Positions 61,611 through 64,000 of a stretch of 64,000 nt of DNA are shown in pieces (the first letter of the stretch is position 1; the number at the start of each line of letters is the position of its first letter). The stretch spans positions 320,001-384,000 of the forward strand of contig JBALDB010000056.1 of NCBI GenBank assembly GCA_036918135.1. The letters run 5' to 3'. A program made the position numbers and the translations under genes. Source of the stretch: Nostoc sp. (GTDB lineage Bacteria > Cyanobacteriota > Cyanobacteriia > Cyanobacteriales > Nostocaceae). The notes beneath the pieces were generated by a model that ran no database searches, was not told the origin of the DNA, and saw only the letters and a list, made by a program, of their open reading frames with translations.

Positions 61611-62462
61611 GTGACAATACTTACAGGAAAAATTAATCGTTCGCAACCTCCTAGCGAGTCAAAATCAGTGATTTTGGAAACTCAGGGACTGACGCGCCGT
61701 TTTGGCAAGTTAACCGCTGTTAATAACCTGAGTATATCTGTGGAACAAGGTGAAGTATTTGGGCTGCTCGGGCCGAATGGAGCCGGCAAAAGTACAGTGA
61801 TTAAAATGTTGACAACCTTACTGCCTATTAGTGCAGGGAGAGCAATTTTAGCTGGCTATGATGTGACTCGTCAATCCGATCCTGTCAGACGCGCTATCGG
61901 CTATGTGCCCCAAGCGCTGTCTGCTGATGGTAGCCTGACGGGTTACGAAAATCTGTTAATCTTTGCCAAGCTGTATGAAATACCAACAAAAAAACGCGAT
62001 CGCTGCATCCGTGAAATTCTAGAGTATATGGGTTTGCAAGATGCAGCCAGGCGCTTAGTACGAACCTACTCTGGTGGGATGATCCGCAAGCTGGAAATTG
62101 CCCAATCGATTTTGCATCAACCCCAAATTTTATTTCTAGATGAGCCGACTGTCGGACTAGACCCCATAGCCCGCACTCAAGTATGGCAACTTGTGCTACA
62201 ACTTTGTGCTGATTACAGCACAACTATATTTTTAACAACCCACTTTTTAGATGAAGCGGACAGTCTTTGTAGCCGAGTAGCGATTATGCAACAAGGCGAA
62301 GTCGTGACCATAGGCACACCAAAGGACTTAAAAGCCTCTTTGGGTAAAGCTAACGCAACTTTGGATGATGTCTTTATTCACTACACAGGTGACCAGTTAA
62401 CATCAGGAGTCAACTACCGTGACACAGCAAGAACCAGACGCACTGCTCAACGGTTGGGTTAA
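61611..62462 (+). CDS. ABC transporter ATP-binding protein (DrrA-like)
   Basis: GPNGAGKS, YSGGM, LFLDEPT, TTH. Confidence 0.93.
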   Translation: MTILTGKINRSQPPSESKSVILETQGLTRRFGKLTAVNNLSISVEQGEVFGLLGPNGAGKSTVIKMLTTLLPISAGRAILAGYDVTRQSDPVRRAIGYVPQALSADGSLTGYENLLIFAKLYEIPTKKRDRCIREILEYMGLQDAARRLVRTYSGGMIRKLEIAQSILHQPQILFLDEPTVGLDPIARTQVWQLVLQLCADYSTTIFLTTHFLDEADSLCSRVAIMQQGEVVTIGTPKDLKASLGKANATLDDVFIHYTGDQLTSGVNYRDTARTRRTAQRLG

Positions 62463-63273
62463 GGTACAACCTACTCGCCGAGCTAATTTCATCTCTGCAT
62501 TTTTCGAGCTAATTACCAAAACCTTAGCGATCGCTGAATTGGAAGTACGTAAACTACGCCACGATCCGACTGATTTAATAGTTCGAGCTGTGCAACCAGC
62601 TTTATGGTTGCTAATTTTTGGGCAAGTTTTCTCCCGGACTCGCGCCATTCCTACGGGAAACGTACCTTATTTAGATTTCATCTCTGCTGGGATTCTGGCT
62701 CAGAGTGTCCTCTTTGTGGCAATTTTTACTGGTGGGATAACGTTGATTTGGGAGCGAGATTTAGGGATTGTACATAAATTCTTAGCTAGTCCTACACCCC
62801 GTATGGCGATGGTTTTGGGTAAAGCACTGGCGTGTGGAGTGCGGTGCTTATCACAGGTAGTAGTCATTTACGGATTAACATTTTTGTTAGGTGTTAAACT
62901 CAATCTCCATCCCCTAGCGATTCTGCAAGTGCTAGTGTTGGTGTTGCTAGCGGCGGCTTGCTTTTGTCTTTTTTCATTAATTATTGGCTGTTTGGTGAAA
63001 ACGCGAGAACGAATGACGGGTATTGGGCAGTTGTTATCAATGCCCTTGTTTTTTGCTAGCAATGCCATCTATCCCATTTCCTTGATGCCCAATTGGTTAA
63101 AATTCCTTTCTCATTTAAATCCTTTAACTTACGAGGTTGATGGCTTACGCGGCACCATGCTGCTCAGAGGCACTAGCATCTATGGCTTTGGTCTGGATTG
63201 TACAATTCTCTTATTAACATTAATAATCTTAGCCATCATTAGTGGACGACTTTATCCACGGGTGGCGATGTAA
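62419..63273 (+). CDS. ABC-2 type permease
   Basis: QP.LWL..FG, WERD.G, P.FF.SNAIYP...MP.WL...NPLTY. Confidence 0.9.
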   Translation: MTQQEPDALLNGWVKVQPTRRANFISAFFELITKTLAIAELEVRKLRHDPTDLIVRAVQPALWLLIFGQVFSRTRAIPTGNVPYLDFISAGILAQSVLFVAIFTGGITLIWERDLGIVHKFLASPTPRMAMVLGKALACGVRCLSQVVVIYGLTFLLGVKLNLHPLAILQVLVLVLLAAACFCLFSLIIGCLVKTRERMTGIGQLLSMPLFFASNAIYPISLMPNWLKFLSHLNPLTYEVDGLRGTMLLRGTSIYGFGLDCTILLLTLIILAIISGRLYPRVAM

Positions 63274-63292
63274 TCAGGAGAACAACAATCCC

Positions 63293-63766
63293 ATGACCTT
63301 GGATAAACCTACTCAAGGTACAACTTCCGAAGAATGTGCTGCCAGAGTAATGGAAACAGTTCCATTAGTAATGCGGTTTATCCGAGCGGATATGCGTGCC
63401 CACAGCGCCGCTTTTTTATCTATACCTCAGTTGCGATCGCTGGCATTTATTAACCGCAATCCTGGTGCTTCATTATCTGACTTGGCAGAGCATTTGGGTG
63501 TCACCTCTGCCACAGCATCAGCAACCATAGAACGCCTAGTCCAACGCAACTTTGTCGAACGCATCGCCGATCCTCAAGAGCGGCGGCGAGTGCTGCTCAA
63601 TCTCACCCAGGAGGGAAAGCTGCAACTCAAGCAATCCCAGGATCAAACTCGCGCTCATATTACTGACCTGCTCCAAGGTCTGACACAAGAGCAAATTTCC
63701 AATATTGAAGAAGGCTTAACTCTACTCAAAAATGTCTTCGAGCAAAGAGAAATCAAATCGCCATAG
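63293..63766 (+). CDS. MarR-family regulator
   Basis: LS.PQ.R.L, SLSDLAEHLGV, ERRRV.L.LT.EG; probable ATG at 63293. Confidence 0.9.
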   Translation: MTLDKPTQGTTSEECAARVMETVPLVMRFIRADMRAHSAAFLSIPQLRSLAFINRNPGASLSDLAEHLGVTSATASATIERLVQRNFVERIADPQERRRVLLNLTQEGKLQLKQSQDQTRAHITDLLQGLTQEQISNIEEGLTLLKNVFEQREIKSP

Positions 63767-64000
63767 CTCTGAGGTTGCACAGCACGATCCTTTTGCAGCC
63801 CTGAGATTTCGAGATTATCGGTTATTTACCATTGGACGCGTGCTGCTGTTCGTGGGATCGGAAATGCAAAATGTAGCCATCGGCTGGGAACTCTATGAGC
63901 GTACTAGCTCGGCTTTGGTTTTAGGTGGTGTGGGGCTAGCGCAAGTCTTACCGATGATTGCTCTGACGTTGATTGCTGGAGATGTGGCCGATCGCCGCGA
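63732..64000 (+). CDS. MFS transporter, N-terminal part (runs off the window; absent from the ORF track)
   Basis: ATG 63732: MSSSKEK...HDPFAALRFRDYRLF...MQNVAIGWELYERT.SAL.LG.VGLAQ.LP...AGDVADR. Confidence 0.85.
   Translation, partial: MSSSKEKSNRHSSEVAQHDPFAALRFRDYRLFTIGRVLLFVGSEMQNVAIGWELYERTSSALVLGGVGLAQVLPMIALTLIAGDVADRR

Overview
Chromosomal window from a heterocystous cyanobacterium (Nostocales; dense HIP1 GCGATCGC sites and STRR heptamer repeats). Bases 1-21,000 are a nested pair of type V-K-like CRISPR-associated transposons (CAST). The younger one has intact-looking tnsB-tnsC-tniQ (minus strand) and a TGTACA end at 12425. Its cargo is a type I R-M fragment, a Schlafen/AlbA-type gene, an Xre switch, a circularly permuted tRNA-mimic RNA (YrlA/Y-RNA-like, with no Ro/TROVE gene in the window) and an AVAST-like STAND NTPase. 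It has inserted into the SNF2 helicase of a helicase-methylase-DUF1998 helicase defence locus (DISARM/ARMADA-like). That locus appears to be cargo of an older CAST of a different lineage, whose tnsB and tniQ are fused exactly at a HIP1 octamer. Four island genes carry internal frameshifting deletions. cas12k and the CRISPR array are not in the window. Bases 21,000-64,000 are core genome: cobA, a CbiX/SirB chelatase, tRNA-His, susA, a ROK glucokinase, a MerR-CobH fusion, a PstS-like protein with 5 tandem repeats, glyS, murD with in-frame repeat insertions, a hybrid histidine kinase, tsaB, a PAS-CRP regulator, cbiG-cobJ, a USP and an ABC-2/MarR/MFS cluster, with many small MITE/SDR-like repeats in between.
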